Origin: Cytophagales bacterium
GTDB taxonomy: Bacteria; Bacteroidota; Bacteroidia; Cytophagales; MED-G16
DNA: 64,000 nt
Assembly (NCBI GenBank): GCA_045568775.1
Contig: JBJLAJ010000003.1
Span: 129,123-193,122 of the forward strand
Reading direction: 5' to 3'
Below the pieces are notes generated by a model that ran no database searches, was not told the origin of the DNA, and saw nothing but the letters and a program-made list of their open reading frames with translations. A program made the translations under genes and the position numbers. Positions 8,390-18,512 of this stretch are shown in pieces (position 1 is the first letter of the stretch; each line of letters starts with the position of its first letter).

Positions 8390-9262
8390 ATGAGGCAGCT
8401 TAAGATAACACAATCAATCACTAATAGACGAGAAAGTCATACTCTAGAAAAGTACTTCACTGAAGTTAGTGGAGTCCCAATGATTACACCTGAAGAGGAA
8501 GTTAGACTAGCAAAGGAAATTAAAAAAGATAATCAAGATGCTCTTGATAAATTAGTTAGAGCAAACTTGAGGTTCGTTGTTTCAGTTGCAAAACAATACC
8601 AGAATAGAAGTCTTCCTTTAAATGACCTTATAAATGAGGGTAATTTAGGTCTTATTAAGGCTGCTAAAAAGTTTGATGAAACTAAAGGATTTAAGTTTAT
8701 TTCTTATGCAGTTTGGTGGATTAGACAGTCAATTATGCAAGCATTAGCAGAACAGTCTAGAATTGTAAGATTACCTATGAATAAATCTGGTGCAATTAAT
8801 CAGATAAGAAGGGCTTATGCTGAGTTAGAACAAAAGTATGAACGTGAGCCAACAGAAGAAGAAATTGCTGAGAACTTGGATATGAAAACTACAGAAGTTA
8901 GAAGTACTCTTGGTGCTGAAGTTAAACAAATGTCTATGGATGCTCCATTTGGTGAAGATGATTCGGGTTCTTTACTTGATGTTTTAGAAAATGATTCTGA
9001 GGGGCCAACAGATACTGGATTAGTATTTAACCATTCTCTTAAAATTGAGACTATGAGAGCTCTTTCTACTTTGACTCCTCGTGAAAGAGATGTCGTTTTA
9101 ATGAGTTTTGGCATCGGTTTTGATAATCCATATACACTAGAAGAAATAGGTGATGTGATGGGATTAACTAGAGAAAGAGTTAGACAAATTAGAGAAAAAG
9201 CACTTCAGAAATTAAGAGAGCCAGGAAAAAATAGAAGATTAAAAGAATTCTGCGCAAATTAA
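8390..9262 (+). CDS. rpoD: RNA polymerase primary sigma factor (sigma-A / RpoD, short Bacteroidota type)
   Basis: 290 aa. Region 2 (DLINEGNLGLIKAAKKFD, FISYAVWWIRQSI) and region 4 (LTPRERDVVLMSFG...TLEEIGDVMGLTRERVRQIREKAL). Confidence 0.95.
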   Translation: MRQLKITQSITNRRESHTLEKYFTEVSGVPMITPEEEVRLAKEIKKDNQDALDKLVRANLRFVVSVAKQYQNRSLPLNDLINEGNLGLIKAAKKFDETKGFKFISYAVWWIRQSIMQALAEQSRIVRLPMNKSGAINQIRRAYAELEQKYEREPTEEEIAENLDMKTTEVRSTLGAEVKQMSMDAPFGEDDSGSLLDVLENDSEGPTDTGLVFNHSLKIETMRALSTLTPRERDVVLMSFGIGFDNPYTLEEIGDVMGLTRERVRQIREKALQKLREPGKNRRLKEFCAN

Positions 9263-9367
9263 ATATTCATTATACTTCATTTTATATAAAAATTTCACTT
9301 GTTAGATTAAATAACAAAACTTATATTACGTATAGTTTATGTTGTTGAATCTTCTCTTTTTAAAAAT

Positions 9368-12300
9368 ATGAAATTTTTTAATTTAAATCTCCTCCTTCTA
9401 CTTGTACTTATTTCTTGTAATAAAATAGAAAATAATGAAAGTACATATAAACCAAAAAAGTCAAAAAAGTCAATTATTGTTGGCGATGCCAAATATGATG
9501 GGCCAGAAAAATATATGTATTATCATGCTGCAATTAAACATGGTGATGTTGATGTTAATAAACCATCTAGATTTAGGTCTTATAAATCTGATTATAAAAG
9601 AGTAGAGTTAGAGAAAGCATTAAAAAGACTTAATAATAATTATTCAAGATCAACTGGTAATCCAAACCCAAGTTATTCAACATATGCTAAGGACAATGCG
9701 GTCTTTATTGAAAGAGGTCCTTACAATGCTCCTGGTAGAACAAGAGCTTTCATAGTAGACGCTAGTGATCCATCAAAAGATACATGGATTGCAGGAAGTG
9801 TCGGTGGTGGAGTCTGGAAAAGTACAGACGGAGGGACTTCATGGGTTAGTATATCAAATGACATGGATAATATAGCTATATCGTGGTTAGGTCAATCCAA
9901 ATCTAATACAGATGTTTTATATGCTGCAACTGGTGAAAACTGGATTGGTTCTTTAGGAGATATAACTGGTGCTGGTGTTTATAAATCTGTAAATGGCGGA
10001 GCTAACTGGACTAATATATCAACAAAAGATAGCGGTGGTTATGTAGACTCTAAATTCTCTAACGTTAGTAGATTAATTGTTGATCCTAATGACTCTGATG
10101 TAGTTGTTATCAGTACAGTAGATGCAAATGATGCTGGTCATGGATATATTTTTAAAACTACAAACGGAGGAACTTCATGGTCTGATGTATTCAACCAACA
10201 TATTAGAATTCAACAAATTATAGCGGCGCCTTCAGATTTTAACATACAGTATGCTGTGCTAAGAGGTGTAGGAGTAATTAGGTCAAATGATGCGGGTTCT
10301 TCATGGTCTAACCCAGGTGGTATTGGCTTAGGAGGTACTGTCTCATACAATAATGCAGATGGTATTCTATCTGGAGGAGGAGGAGGTGCTTTTGGAAGAT
10401 TAGAGATTGCTGTTTCACATCAAAATCCTGATATTGTATATGCAGGAATTGATGGCAATGCTGCATCTTTCCTTAGAGTCTCTTATGATGGAGGAACTAC
10501 ATGGAATTTATTGAAGAATGATGATAATACGGATGATGATTGGTTATATCCACAGGGATGGTTTGATAATACTATAACTGTTAATCCATTTAATGATAGT
10601 ATAGTATATTATGGTGGAAGAGATGCAAGTAAAGCTACTGTATTACCTGATCAAGGAACCTCATTTTCAGGATCTACGACAAAAGTAACATTAGATAACA
10701 TATCATCTCACATGAATTTAGTTAATATATGGGGAGGTTCTGCAATTTCTCCTGATGAAACTGAATGGAATAATAATTCAGACAGTCCAGACCTTGTAGA
10801 TATAGAGGTAAGGTTTGGTCCAGGAAAACGACAAAAAGCATATAGATTTTCAGTACCTGAAGGTTCAACCTCTGGTGTGACTCACGATAAATATAACTAC
10901 GAAGGTGTGGTAGAGGTTCCATTTGAAGTGTGGAATATTTCTGCAGACCCAGAACAACAACTTACTGTTTCCTTTAGAGATAATGCAAACGATGGAGATT
11001 TTAATCTTCTCGCTGCCCAAGGTGACAGTAGAGAATATATATTTCCTCAATCGCTTCCTTATGACCCAGACATGAATCAGTCAGAAATTTTTGGAGATGG
11101 AACCCCTGGTAATGTCAACTCTATCTATGGCCAATTACATAAATCATTATTTCTTATATGGCCATTTCTTGCTGATGGAGTTTCTTGGGATCCTCAAAAT
11201 ATTCCTGAGTCAAAAATAAAAATTGAGTTTATTGATGCAACTTATAAGACACTAAAGAAATCTGTAGAGTATATGACTAATCAGTATGATAATGGTGGTG
11301 CATTTGATTTAAATGAAAATGTTCACGTCGATCATCATAACCTAGGAACAATTGTTGATTCAGAAGTTGATAGTACATTTAGAATATACCTTACGACTGA
11401 TGGAGGAATCTATTATACTATTTCAGATAAGGATCCAGGCGTCAAGGATGATCACTTTAAAAGAGCAGGTCTTATCTCGGATATTATGTTTGCTCCTGGA
11501 GGAGGATATAATACTACTCAATTTTATGGGGCTGATAAAATTGCAGGATTTGATCAGTATATTGCTGGTGCTCAAGATAACGGAACATTTTACTCTCCAA
11601 GAAATCAGGATGCAAGTGACACAACTAATTATTTTCATCCGATAGGTGGTGATGGTTTTGAAGTGATTGCTCACTTTACTGATCCTGATAAGATGTTTGG
11701 GGGTTATCAAGGAAATAATTTATTTTATACTCATAATGGAGGATCTACTTGGAATTATGTGGGTGGTCTTTTGACTGGCGGGGGACCATTTATAAATAGA
11801 GCATCTACTTCATACCAGGACCCTGATATTTTGTTTACAATCAATTCATCAGGTGTTGACAAATCATCAGATTTTGGAGTTTCTTGGGAACATACTTCAA
11901 TTAGCGGCACTTGGGGTAATAGTTTTTGGAGTGGGGCTGATGTTGAAGTATCTCTCGCAAACCCTAGATTCGTTTATGCTGGAGGTGTAATGGGTAATTC
12001 TGCTGATATTTTCATATCTAAAGATTGGGGTACTACATTTGACCCTGTTACAAAATTTGCAAATTTAGGAACAATCACAGGTATATACTCACACCCAAAA
12101 GAAGATTCAACTGCGTACATATTATTTGGTGTAGCAGGAGAAGCTAAAATAATTGAGACTAAAGATTTGGGTGATTCATGGACAGATATCACAGGATTCC
12201 ATTTAAACATTTCAGGAAAGTCATCAAATGGATTTCCAGATGTTGCCGTATATAGTTTTTTAGTTATGCCACACAATTGTGATATAATGTGGGCAGGAAC

Positions 12301-13603
12301 AGAAATCGGATTATTTGAGTCTACAGATAGAGGTGCCTCCTGGCATAAAGTAGTTGGGGATTTACCTAATGTTACAATTTGGGATATGAAAATAAAAGAT
12401 GAGGGACAAGTTGTATTTGCTACTCATGGAAGAGGTATATGGACAGCTACTTTAGAAGATTTAAAAACTTTTGTACCTAAACCTACTACACTTCGTCCTG
12501 TTATCTTAGAAGGAAATCAGACTGACAACGATGAAAAGTATGAGATAAAAGCTAAAGTTGATTTAAGATCTATATATGATTCTCTTGAAATAAATGCAAA
12601 TAGTGTATTAAGATCAACATACTATGACACGGATTCTATTGTAGAAAGAGAATATATTTTTGAAGTTGATGATAAAGGAGACTTTAGTTTACAAGCATAT
12701 GCCTATAAGGATGGAGTAATGTACCCATCTAATATATTAGAGATTGCTGTAAACCCTATTTTAGATGCAAGAACACAATTTAAAACTACTTTTAGTGATC
12801 TTGTGGGGGATGAGTTTTATTTAGATAGGTTTAGGATTGGTATTCAAGGTGGATTTGAAGGAAGGCAGTTACATACTGAGCATCCTTATGAATCTGGAGT
12901 TGATGGAGGTTATACAGACGGATATAGTGTACACGCTATGCTTAATATACCTATAATAGTTACTGATTTTACTCCTTCTATAACATTCCAAGAAATAGTT
13001 ATTGTTGAGCCGGGTGAGCCAGGCACCTCATATGGTGACGCACAATTTTGGGATTATGTGATCGTTGAAGCCTCTAAAGATGGTATTACTTGGAAAGCTT
13101 TATTGGATGGGTATGATTCAGATTCAGATCCAGGATGGAAGTCAGCATATGCTACAAATCAATTTGGAAGTCTAGATTTATTAAGGAGTAAAGAAGCTAA
13201 CTTCAAACCTCATTTTAATGAAGGAGATACAGTTAAAGTTAGGTTTAGAATGTTTTCTGATGACTTAACTGTAGGATGGGGATGGATGGTAGATGACCTT
13301 TACATACAGATGGAGACACCGGTTGTTCAAGGAATAGAGTTTACTAAATTAGATAAGAACATATCAATATATCCAAACCCGACTAAAGGTATAGTTAATA
13401 TCAATTTTTCTGATACTTGGAGAGGTGATGTGGAATGTGAAATAATTGATATTTTTGGTAGACCTGTTTATGAAAGAATATTAGATAATAATAATGCATC
13501 TTCATCTCATAATATTGATATATCAAGTTCTAATGATGGGATTTATGTAATTCAATTAATTCAAGGAGATAAGAAGACTATGTACAAAGTAATAAAAGAG
13601 TAA
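9368..13603 (+). CDS. giant BNR/sortilin(VPS10)-repeat surface protein with type-A T9SS C-terminal sorting domain
   Basis: 1411 aa. At least 10 S/T-x-D-x-G-x-T/S-W repeats (STDGGTSW, SVNGGANW, TTNGGTSW, SNDAGSSW, SYDGGTTW, THNGGSTW, SSDFGVSW, TKDLGDSW, STDRGASW). N-terminal signal with lipobox-like LISC. C-terminal ISIYPNPTKGIVNINF...GIYVIQLIQGDKKTMYKVIKE tail. Confidence 0.85.
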   Translation: MKFFNLNLLLLLVLISCNKIENNESTYKPKKSKKSIIVGDAKYDGPEKYMYYHAAIKHGDVDVNKPSRFRSYKSDYKRVELEKALKRLNNNYSRSTGNPNPSYSTYAKDNAVFIERGPYNAPGRTRAFIVDASDPSKDTWIAGSVGGGVWKSTDGGTSWVSISNDMDNIAISWLGQSKSNTDVLYAATGENWIGSLGDITGAGVYKSVNGGANWTNISTKDSGGYVDSKFSNVSRLIVDPNDSDVVVISTVDANDAGHGYIFKTTNGGTSWSDVFNQHIRIQQIIAAPSDFNIQYAVLRGVGVIRSNDAGSSWSNPGGIGLGGTVSYNNADGILSGGGGGAFGRLEIAVSHQNPDIVYAGIDGNAASFLRVSYDGGTTWNLLKNDDNTDDDWLYPQGWFDNTITVNPFNDSIVYYGGRDASKATVLPDQGTSFSGSTTKVTLDNISSHMNLVNIWGGSAISPDETEWNNNSDSPDLVDIEVRFGPGKRQKAYRFSVPEGSTSGVTHDKYNYEGVVEVPFEVWNISADPEQQLTVSFRDNANDGDFNLLAAQGDSREYIFPQSLPYDPDMNQSEIFGDGTPGNVNSIYGQLHKSLFLIWPFLADGVSWDPQNIPESKIKIEFIDATYKTLKKSVEYMTNQYDNGGAFDLNENVHVDHHNLGTIVDSEVDSTFRIYLTTDGGIYYTISDKDPGVKDDHFKRAGLISDIMFAPGGGYNTTQFYGADKIAGFDQYIAGAQDNGTFYSPRNQDASDTTNYFHPIGGDGFEVIAHFTDPDKMFGGYQGNNLFYTHNGGSTWNYVGGLLTGGGPFINRASTSYQDPDILFTINSSGVDKSSDFGVSWEHTSISGTWGNSFWSGADVEVSLANPRFVYAGGVMGNSADIFISKDWGTTFDPVTKFANLGTITGIYSHPKEDSTAYILFGVAGEAKIIETKDLGDSWTDITGFHLNISGKSSNGFPDVAVYSFLVMPHNCDIMWAGTEIGLFESTDRGASWHKVVGDLPNVTIWDMKIKDEGQVVFATHGRGIWTATLEDLKTFVPKPTTLRPVILEGNQTDNDEKYEIKAKVDLRSIYDSLEINANSVLRSTYYDTDSIVEREYIFEVDDKGDFSLQAYAYKDGVMYPSNILEIAVNPILDARTQFKTTFSDLVGDEFYLDRFRIGIQGGFEGRQLHTEHPYESGVDGGYTDGYSVHAMLNIPIIVTDFTPSITFQEIVIVEPGEPGTSYGDAQFWDYVIVEASKDGITWKALLDGYDSDSDPGWKSAYATNQFGSLDLLRSKEANFKPHFNEGDTVKVRFRMFSDDLTVGWGWMVDDLYIQMETPVVQGIEFTKLDKNISIYPNPTKGIVNINFSDTWRGDVECEIIDIFGRPVYERILDNNNASSSHNIDISSSNDGIYVIQLIQGDKKTMYKVIKE

Positions 13604-14323
13604 TTATTTTTTAATTTTTATTCTCTTTAGGCTTACTCTTCTAAATCTTATATTTAATAATTCTACACCTAATGTAAAGAAAAGGGCGAAGTAAATGAAC
13701 CCTTTTGGAATTTCATAGTGTGCTGCTTCAAGAATTAACGTGAATCCAATTAGAATTAAAAAGCATAAAGCTAAAATTTCAAGAGAAGGATATCTATCAA
13801 TTATGTCACTGATTTTTGATGAATAAAAAATCATAAAAAGAATTGATATTACTACCGCAACAATCATCAATAATAAAATTTCTGTCAAGCCAATTGCAGT
13901 TAGAATAGAGTCAACAGAAAACACAAAATCAACTGCTACAATTTGCCAAATCACTGATCCAAATGATACAGATTTCTCTATAATTATTTTTTCATCAAAA
14001 TTCACATTTATCTTATGAGATATTTCAAGAGCACTTTTGAAAATTAAAAATACTCCTCCAAAAAATAAAATAAGATCTTTTATGCTGAAATCAAGAAAAA
14101 TTGGTTTTGTCAGACCAATAAACCAAGTCAATCCAAACAACATAATAATCCTTAAGACAAGAGCTAGTAGAAGACCAATAACTCTGGCTTTCTGTCTATC
14201 CTCTTTATTTACCTTATTAGTTATAATTGATATAAATATTATATTATCTATACCTAAAATTATTTCTATAATTGTTAATGTGAATAGTGCTATATAAGTT
14301 TCTAACTGAAAAAATATTTCCAT
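13604..14323 (-). CDS. TerC-family integral membrane protein
   Basis: 239 aa, multi-TM. The LGIDNIIFISI motif is typical of TerC/Alx. Confidence 0.8.
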   Translation of the reverse strand: MEIFFQLETYIALFTLTIIEIILGIDNIIFISIITNKVNKEDRQKARVIGLLLALVLRIIMLFGLTWFIGLTKPIFLDFSIKDLILFFGGVFLIFKSALEISHKINVNFDEKIIIEKSVSFGSVIWQIVAVDFVFSVDSILTAIGLTEILLLMIVAVVISILFMIFYSSKISDIIDRYPSLEILALCFLILIGFTLILEAAHYEIPKGFIYFALFFTLGVELLNIRFRRVSLKRIKIKK

Positions 14324-14411
14324 TTGATTATAAATTAATATATCTTAAAATAATAAGAGCAATTTTGTTTACTTTGGCATCTAATTTACATAGCGAAATT
14401 AAAATATTAAT

Positions 14412-15095
14412 ATGAAAAATATTATTGAAGTTCAGGATATTTCTAGGCATTACTTTGTAGGTACGCAAACTGTTAAAGCTCTTGATTCAATTAGTGTTGA
14501 TATAAAAAAGAATGAATATGTTTCTTTCATGGGAGCATCAGGTTCAGGAAAATCTACTTTGATGAACATAATTGGTTGTTTAGATTCTCCAACGGGTGGA
14601 AAATACAAGCTTAATAGTAAAGATGTTAGCAACATGTCTGAAAACGAACTCGCTGATATAAGAAATAAAGAAATTGGATTTGTTTTTCAAACATTCAATT
14701 TGCTTCCTAGAGCCTCTGCTTTGGATAATGTTTCTTTACCTTTAGTTTATGCAGGATATTCATCAAGTGAAAGAAATGAAATGGCAATGGGAGCACTTAA
14801 AGATGTTGATCTAGTAGATAGAGCAACTCACAAACCAAATGAATTATCTGGGGGACAGAGGCAGAGAGTAGCTATTGCAAGGGCGCTTGTAAACAATCCA
14901 AGTATAATTTTAGCTGATGAGCCAACAGGTAACTTGGATAGTAAGACATCACATAGTATAATGGATCTTTTTTCAATATTACATGACAGAGGAAATACTA
15001 TTATTATGGTTACTCATGAGGAAGCTATTGCAAAATACTCTAAGAGAATTGTAAGATTAAAAGATGGTTTGATTTCTTCTGATAAAAAAAATTAA
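14412..15095 (+). CDS. ABC transporter ATP-binding protein (LolD/MacB/FtsE-like)
   Basis: Walker [10 protein letters not shown], signature [15 protein letters not shown], Walker [12 protein letters not shown]. No permease gene adjacent. Confidence 0.9.
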   Translation: MKNIIEVQDISRHYFVGTQTVKALDSISVDIKKNEYVSFMGASGSGKSTLMNIIGCLDSPTGGKYKLNSKDVSNMSENELADIRNKEIGFVFQTFNLLPRASALDNVSLPLVYAGYSSSERNEMAMGALKDVDLVDRATHKPNELSGGQRQRVAIARALVNNPSIILADEPTGNLDSKTSHSIMDLFSILHDRGNTIIMVTHEEAIAKYSKRIVRLKDGLISSDKKN

Positions 15096-15104
15096 TTTTA
15101 ACTT

Positions 15105-16160
15105 ATGAAAATTAATGTTAAGAGAGTTAGAGAATCAAAACTTACTAAAGTTAATTTTTCAGATCTTGGTTTCTGTAAATATCATTCTGATCATATGTTT
15201 ATTGCTGATTATGAAGATGGCAAGTGGTCAAATTTTAGAATTACCCCTCATGAAGATTTAAATTTATCTCCAGCCTGCACAACACTCCATTATGGTCAGA
15301 CAATTTTTGAAGGTTTAAAAGCATACAAGAATAAGAAAGATGAGATTCTTATTTTTCGTCCAGATAAGAATGCTACTAGATTTAATAAAAGTGCTCAAAG
15401 AATGTGCATGCCAACATTTCCAGAAAAGTATTTTATTCAATCAATAACTGAATTATTAAAAATTGATAAAAGATGGGTTCCGTCTCAAGAAAATAGCTCA
15501 TTATATATCCGTCCACTGATGTTTGCTATGGACTCCTATATTGGAATAAAACCAGGAGATAAATATGTTTTTATTATTATCTGTGGCCTTGCAGGTGGGT
15601 ATTATTCTGAACCTGTAAATGTTAAAATAGAGACTAAATTTACTAGAGCTGTTTCAGGTGGTGTAGGTTTTTCAAAGACAGCAGCAAATTATGCTGCAGC
15701 CCTTTATCCTGCTGTCGAAGCCCAAAAAGATGGGTTTCATCAGTTAATATGGACAGATGGTAAAGAACATAAGTATGTTGAAGAGTCAGGAACAATGAAT
15801 TTATTTTTTGTTATAGATAATAAATTAATAACACCACCTCTCGGTGACACTGTTTTAGATGGAGTCACTAGAGATAGTATTATTATTCTGAGTAAAGATC
15901 TTGGTATTGACATTGAAATAAGAAAAATCTCTGTTGATGAAATAATTAATTCTTTAGATAATAATTCAATTAAGGAGGTTTTTGGTGCAGGAACTGCTGC
16001 AACTATTGCCCCAATAAAGACTATTGGATATAAAAATAAAAAATATCATATACCTCAATTATCTAGAGACTCTATTTCATCTACTTTACTCAAATCACTT
16101 AATTCAATAAAGTATGGAGAAACTGAAGATAAATTTGGTTGGATACTTAAATTAAATTAA
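15105..16160 (+). CDS. ilvE: branched-chain amino acid aminotransferase
   Basis: 351 aa, class IV aminotransferase pattern. Catalytic Lys context GFSKTAANYAAAL. The stop TAA overlaps the prfB ATG (TAATG). Confidence 0.9.
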   Translation: MKINVKRVRESKLTKVNFSDLGFCKYHSDHMFIADYEDGKWSNFRITPHEDLNLSPACTTLHYGQTIFEGLKAYKNKKDEILIFRPDKNATRFNKSAQRMCMPTFPEKYFIQSITELLKIDKRWVPSQENSSLYIRPLMFAMDSYIGIKPGDKYVFIIICGLAGGYYSEPVNVKIETKFTRAVSGGVGFSKTAANYAAALYPAVEAQKDGFHQLIWTDGKEHKYVEESGTMNLFFVIDNKLITPPLGDTVLDGVTRDSIIILSKDLGIDIEIRKISVDEIINSLDNNSIKEVFGAGTAATIAPIKTIGYKNKKYHIPQLSRDSISSTLLKSLNSIKYGETEDKFGWILKLN

Positions 16161-17243
16161 TGAATATAGACCAGATTAATAATTTAACAAAGCGTGCCTC
16201 GGCTCTAAGGGGCTATCTTTGACTATGAAAAAAGAAAAAAACTAATTTCTTCAAAAGAAGAGGTTTCTCTTGAACCTGACTTCTGGAATAATAGAGAAAA
16301 AGCAGAAAAAGTCTTAAAAGAAATATCTTCTAATAAAGTTTGGATCGTAGCATATGATAATATTACCAGCTCAATATCCGATCTAGAGACTTTATTTGAA
16401 TTTTATGAATCAGGTGAAGTTGATGAAGAAGAAATAGAAATAGAATATACCAAAACATTAGATTTAATTGAAAAGCTTGAGTTCAAGAAGATGCTTTCAA
16501 GTAAAGAAGATCAAATGAGCGCAATAATTGAAATTAATCCAGGTGCCGGAGGAACTGAGAGTCAAGACTGGGCAAGTATATTGATGAGAATGTATATTAT
16601 GTGGGCAGAATCTCAAAATTTTATTGTTAAAAAGGTAAATGTTCAACCTGGAGATACTGCTGGAATAAAATCTGCAATTTTGGGAATTGAAGGTCAATTT
16701 GCTTACGGTAATTTAAAATCAGAGATTGGAGTGCACAGATTAGTAAGAATTTCCCCCTTTGATTCTGGAGCGAGGAGACATACTTCTTTTGCTTCTGTAT
16801 TTGCATACCCTGAAGTTGATGAAACTATAGAAATAAATATTAACCCAGCTGATATAGAGTGGGAAACATTTAGGGCTAGTGGGGCAGGAGGTCAAAGTGT
16901 AAACAAAATTGAATCCGCGGTTAGACTTAAACATGAGCCTTCTGGTCTAATTATAGAGTGTCAGCAGGAGAGGAGTCAAATATTAAATAAAGAAAAAGCT
17001 TTAAATATGTTGAAATCTAAGTTATATCAAATAGAGGTTGATAAAGTAAATAAAGAAAAGGATGAAAGGGATAGTACTAAATTAAAGATTGATTTTGGTT
17101 CCCAAATTAGAAATTATGTTCTCCATCCTTATAAAATGATTAAAGATGTAAGAACAGGGGTTGAGAGAGGGGATGTGAATAATGTTTTGGATGGAGATAT
17201 TAATGATTTTATTAAAGCTTTTCTATTGGAAAAAGACAATTAA
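16160..17243 (+). CDS. prfB: peptide chain release factor 2, requires programmed +1 frameshift: join(16160..16219,16221..17243)
   Basis: Frame 0 reads [20 protein letters not shown] then TGA at 16220-16222. The +1 frame continues [14 protein letters not shown]... into the 16491-17243 ORF, which carries the SPF (RISPFDS) and GGQ ([10 protein letters not shown]) motifs. Confidence 0.93.
16208..16223 (+). promoter_or_regulatory. prfB +1 frameshift site: SD-like AGGGGC, TAT, slippery CTT TGA C
   Basis: AGGGGCTATCTTTGAC differs from the canonical E. coli site AGGGGGTATCTTTGAC at one base. Confidence 0.9.
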
Positions 17244-17273
17244 ATTAATAAACTTACACCCTAATATTAATTT

Positions 17274-18512
17274 ATGATTTCGGGTAAAAAATCTAGTAAA
17301 TTTACTGCTAATACTCAATTAAAAATTTCACCATTTTTTGAAAGAACATCCAAAATTAATATGTCTCAAGAGTGGAAAAGATGGGGTGGTTTTTTGGCAT
17401 CAACAAAATATGATTTACATCATGATAATGAATATTTTGCCATTAGGACTAAAGCAGGGTTATTAGATATATCACCATTGTATAAGTATAGAATTAAGGG
17501 AAAAGATTCAAAGTTATTTCTAAATAGATTAGTTACAAGAAATATTAATATATGTGAAGTAGGTCAGGTAATGTATTCTTCATGGTGTGATGAAAATGGA
17601 AAGGTTATAGATGATGGTACAATTCAAAGGCTAGATAAAGAAGATTTTAGGTTAACAAGTGCAGAACCTAATTTATATTGGTTGGAATTAAATTCTTATG
17701 GTATGGATGTTGACATTCATGATGAGTCAGAAATGATCTCTGCTTTAGCACTTCAAGGACCAAACTCTAGAGATATTATCAATTCTATTTCATCTAAATC
17801 TATAAATGATTTAAAGTTTTTTAGAATAATTAACACTGATTTTAATGGTATTGAAGTATCTATTTCAAGAACAGGATACACAGGGGATTTGGGCTATGAG
17901 ATCTGGATAAAACCTAGTGACTCTTTGAAAATTTGGGATATTTTAATTAAAAAAGGTAAAGATTTTGGTATAACTCCTGCTGGGCTTAATGCTTTAGATA
18001 TTTCTAGAATAGAAGCATCTCTTATTCTTTTAGATGTAGATTATATTTCTTCAAGACATGCACTTATTGAAGATAGAAAATCTTCTCCATATGAATTAGG
18101 TTTGGGCTGGACCGTAAAATTAAATTCAGGAAATTTTATTGGCTATAAAGCACTTAAAAATGAAAATAAAAATCCATCGCACTGGAGTTTTGTTGGGATT
18201 GAAATTTTATGGGATGACCTAGAAAAACTTTATAAAAAAGTAGGATTAGCTCCAGATCTTCCCCATGCTGCATGGAGAGATAGTGTACCTCTTTATTATA
18301 ATAAAAGTCAAGTTGGATATGCAACAAGTGGATGTTGGTCACCTATTCTTAAGAAATATATTGCACTTGCTCACGTTAATTCAAAGTATTCTTCTTTAGA
18401 TACTATCTTAGATTTTGAGATTAAGGTTGAACATTACAGACACCTAACACCTGCTAAAATTGTTAAAACCCCTTTTTACAATCCTAAAAGAAAAATGTCA
18501 TGTCCAGATTAG
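17274..18512 (+). CDS. aminomethyltransferase (GcvT/DmdA/DMGDH C-domain)-family folate-binding protein, stand-alone
   Basis: 412 aa. ISRTGYTGDLGYEIW, EYFAIRTKAGLLDISPLYKYRIKGKDS and ALALQGPNS motifs. Only 30 nt after prfB. Confidence 0.8.
   Translation: MISGKKSSKFTANTQLKISPFFERTSKINMSQEWKRWGGFLASTKYDLHHDNEYFAIRTKAGLLDISPLYKYRIKGKDSKLFLNRLVTRNINICEVGQVMYSSWCDENGKVIDDGTIQRLDKEDFRLTSAEPNLYWLELNSYGMDVDIHDESEMISALALQGPNSRDIINSISSKSINDLKFFRIINTDFNGIEVSISRTGYTGDLGYEIWIKPSDSLKIWDILIKKGKDFGITPAGLNALDISRIEASLILLDVDYISSRHALIEDRKSSPYELGLGWTVKLNSGNFIGYKALKNENKNPSHWSFVGIEILWDDLEKLYKKVGLAPDLPHAAWRDSVPLYYNKSQVGYATSGCWSPILKKYIALAHVNSKYSSLDTILDFEIKVEHYRHLTPAKIVKTPFYNPKRKMSCPD

Noticed and set aside
8815-9114. 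99-aa antisense ORF inside rpoD
   Set aside because: It is a shadow ORF of a highly conserved gene, Ser-rich and without motifs.
10722-12276. Five short ORFs (10722-10922, 10865-11050, 11352-11645, 11423-11710, 11974-12276) inside the 1411-aa BNR protein gene
   Set aside because: All are nested in the long, repeat-supported CDS in other frames or on the other strand. None has a motif or its own start context.
14324-14411. Possible yybP-ykoY (manganese) riboswitch upstream of the TerC-family gene
   Set aside because: Only 88 nt of almost pure A/T are available, shared with the divergent ABC gene. There are no GC-paired helices or conserved riboswitch core.
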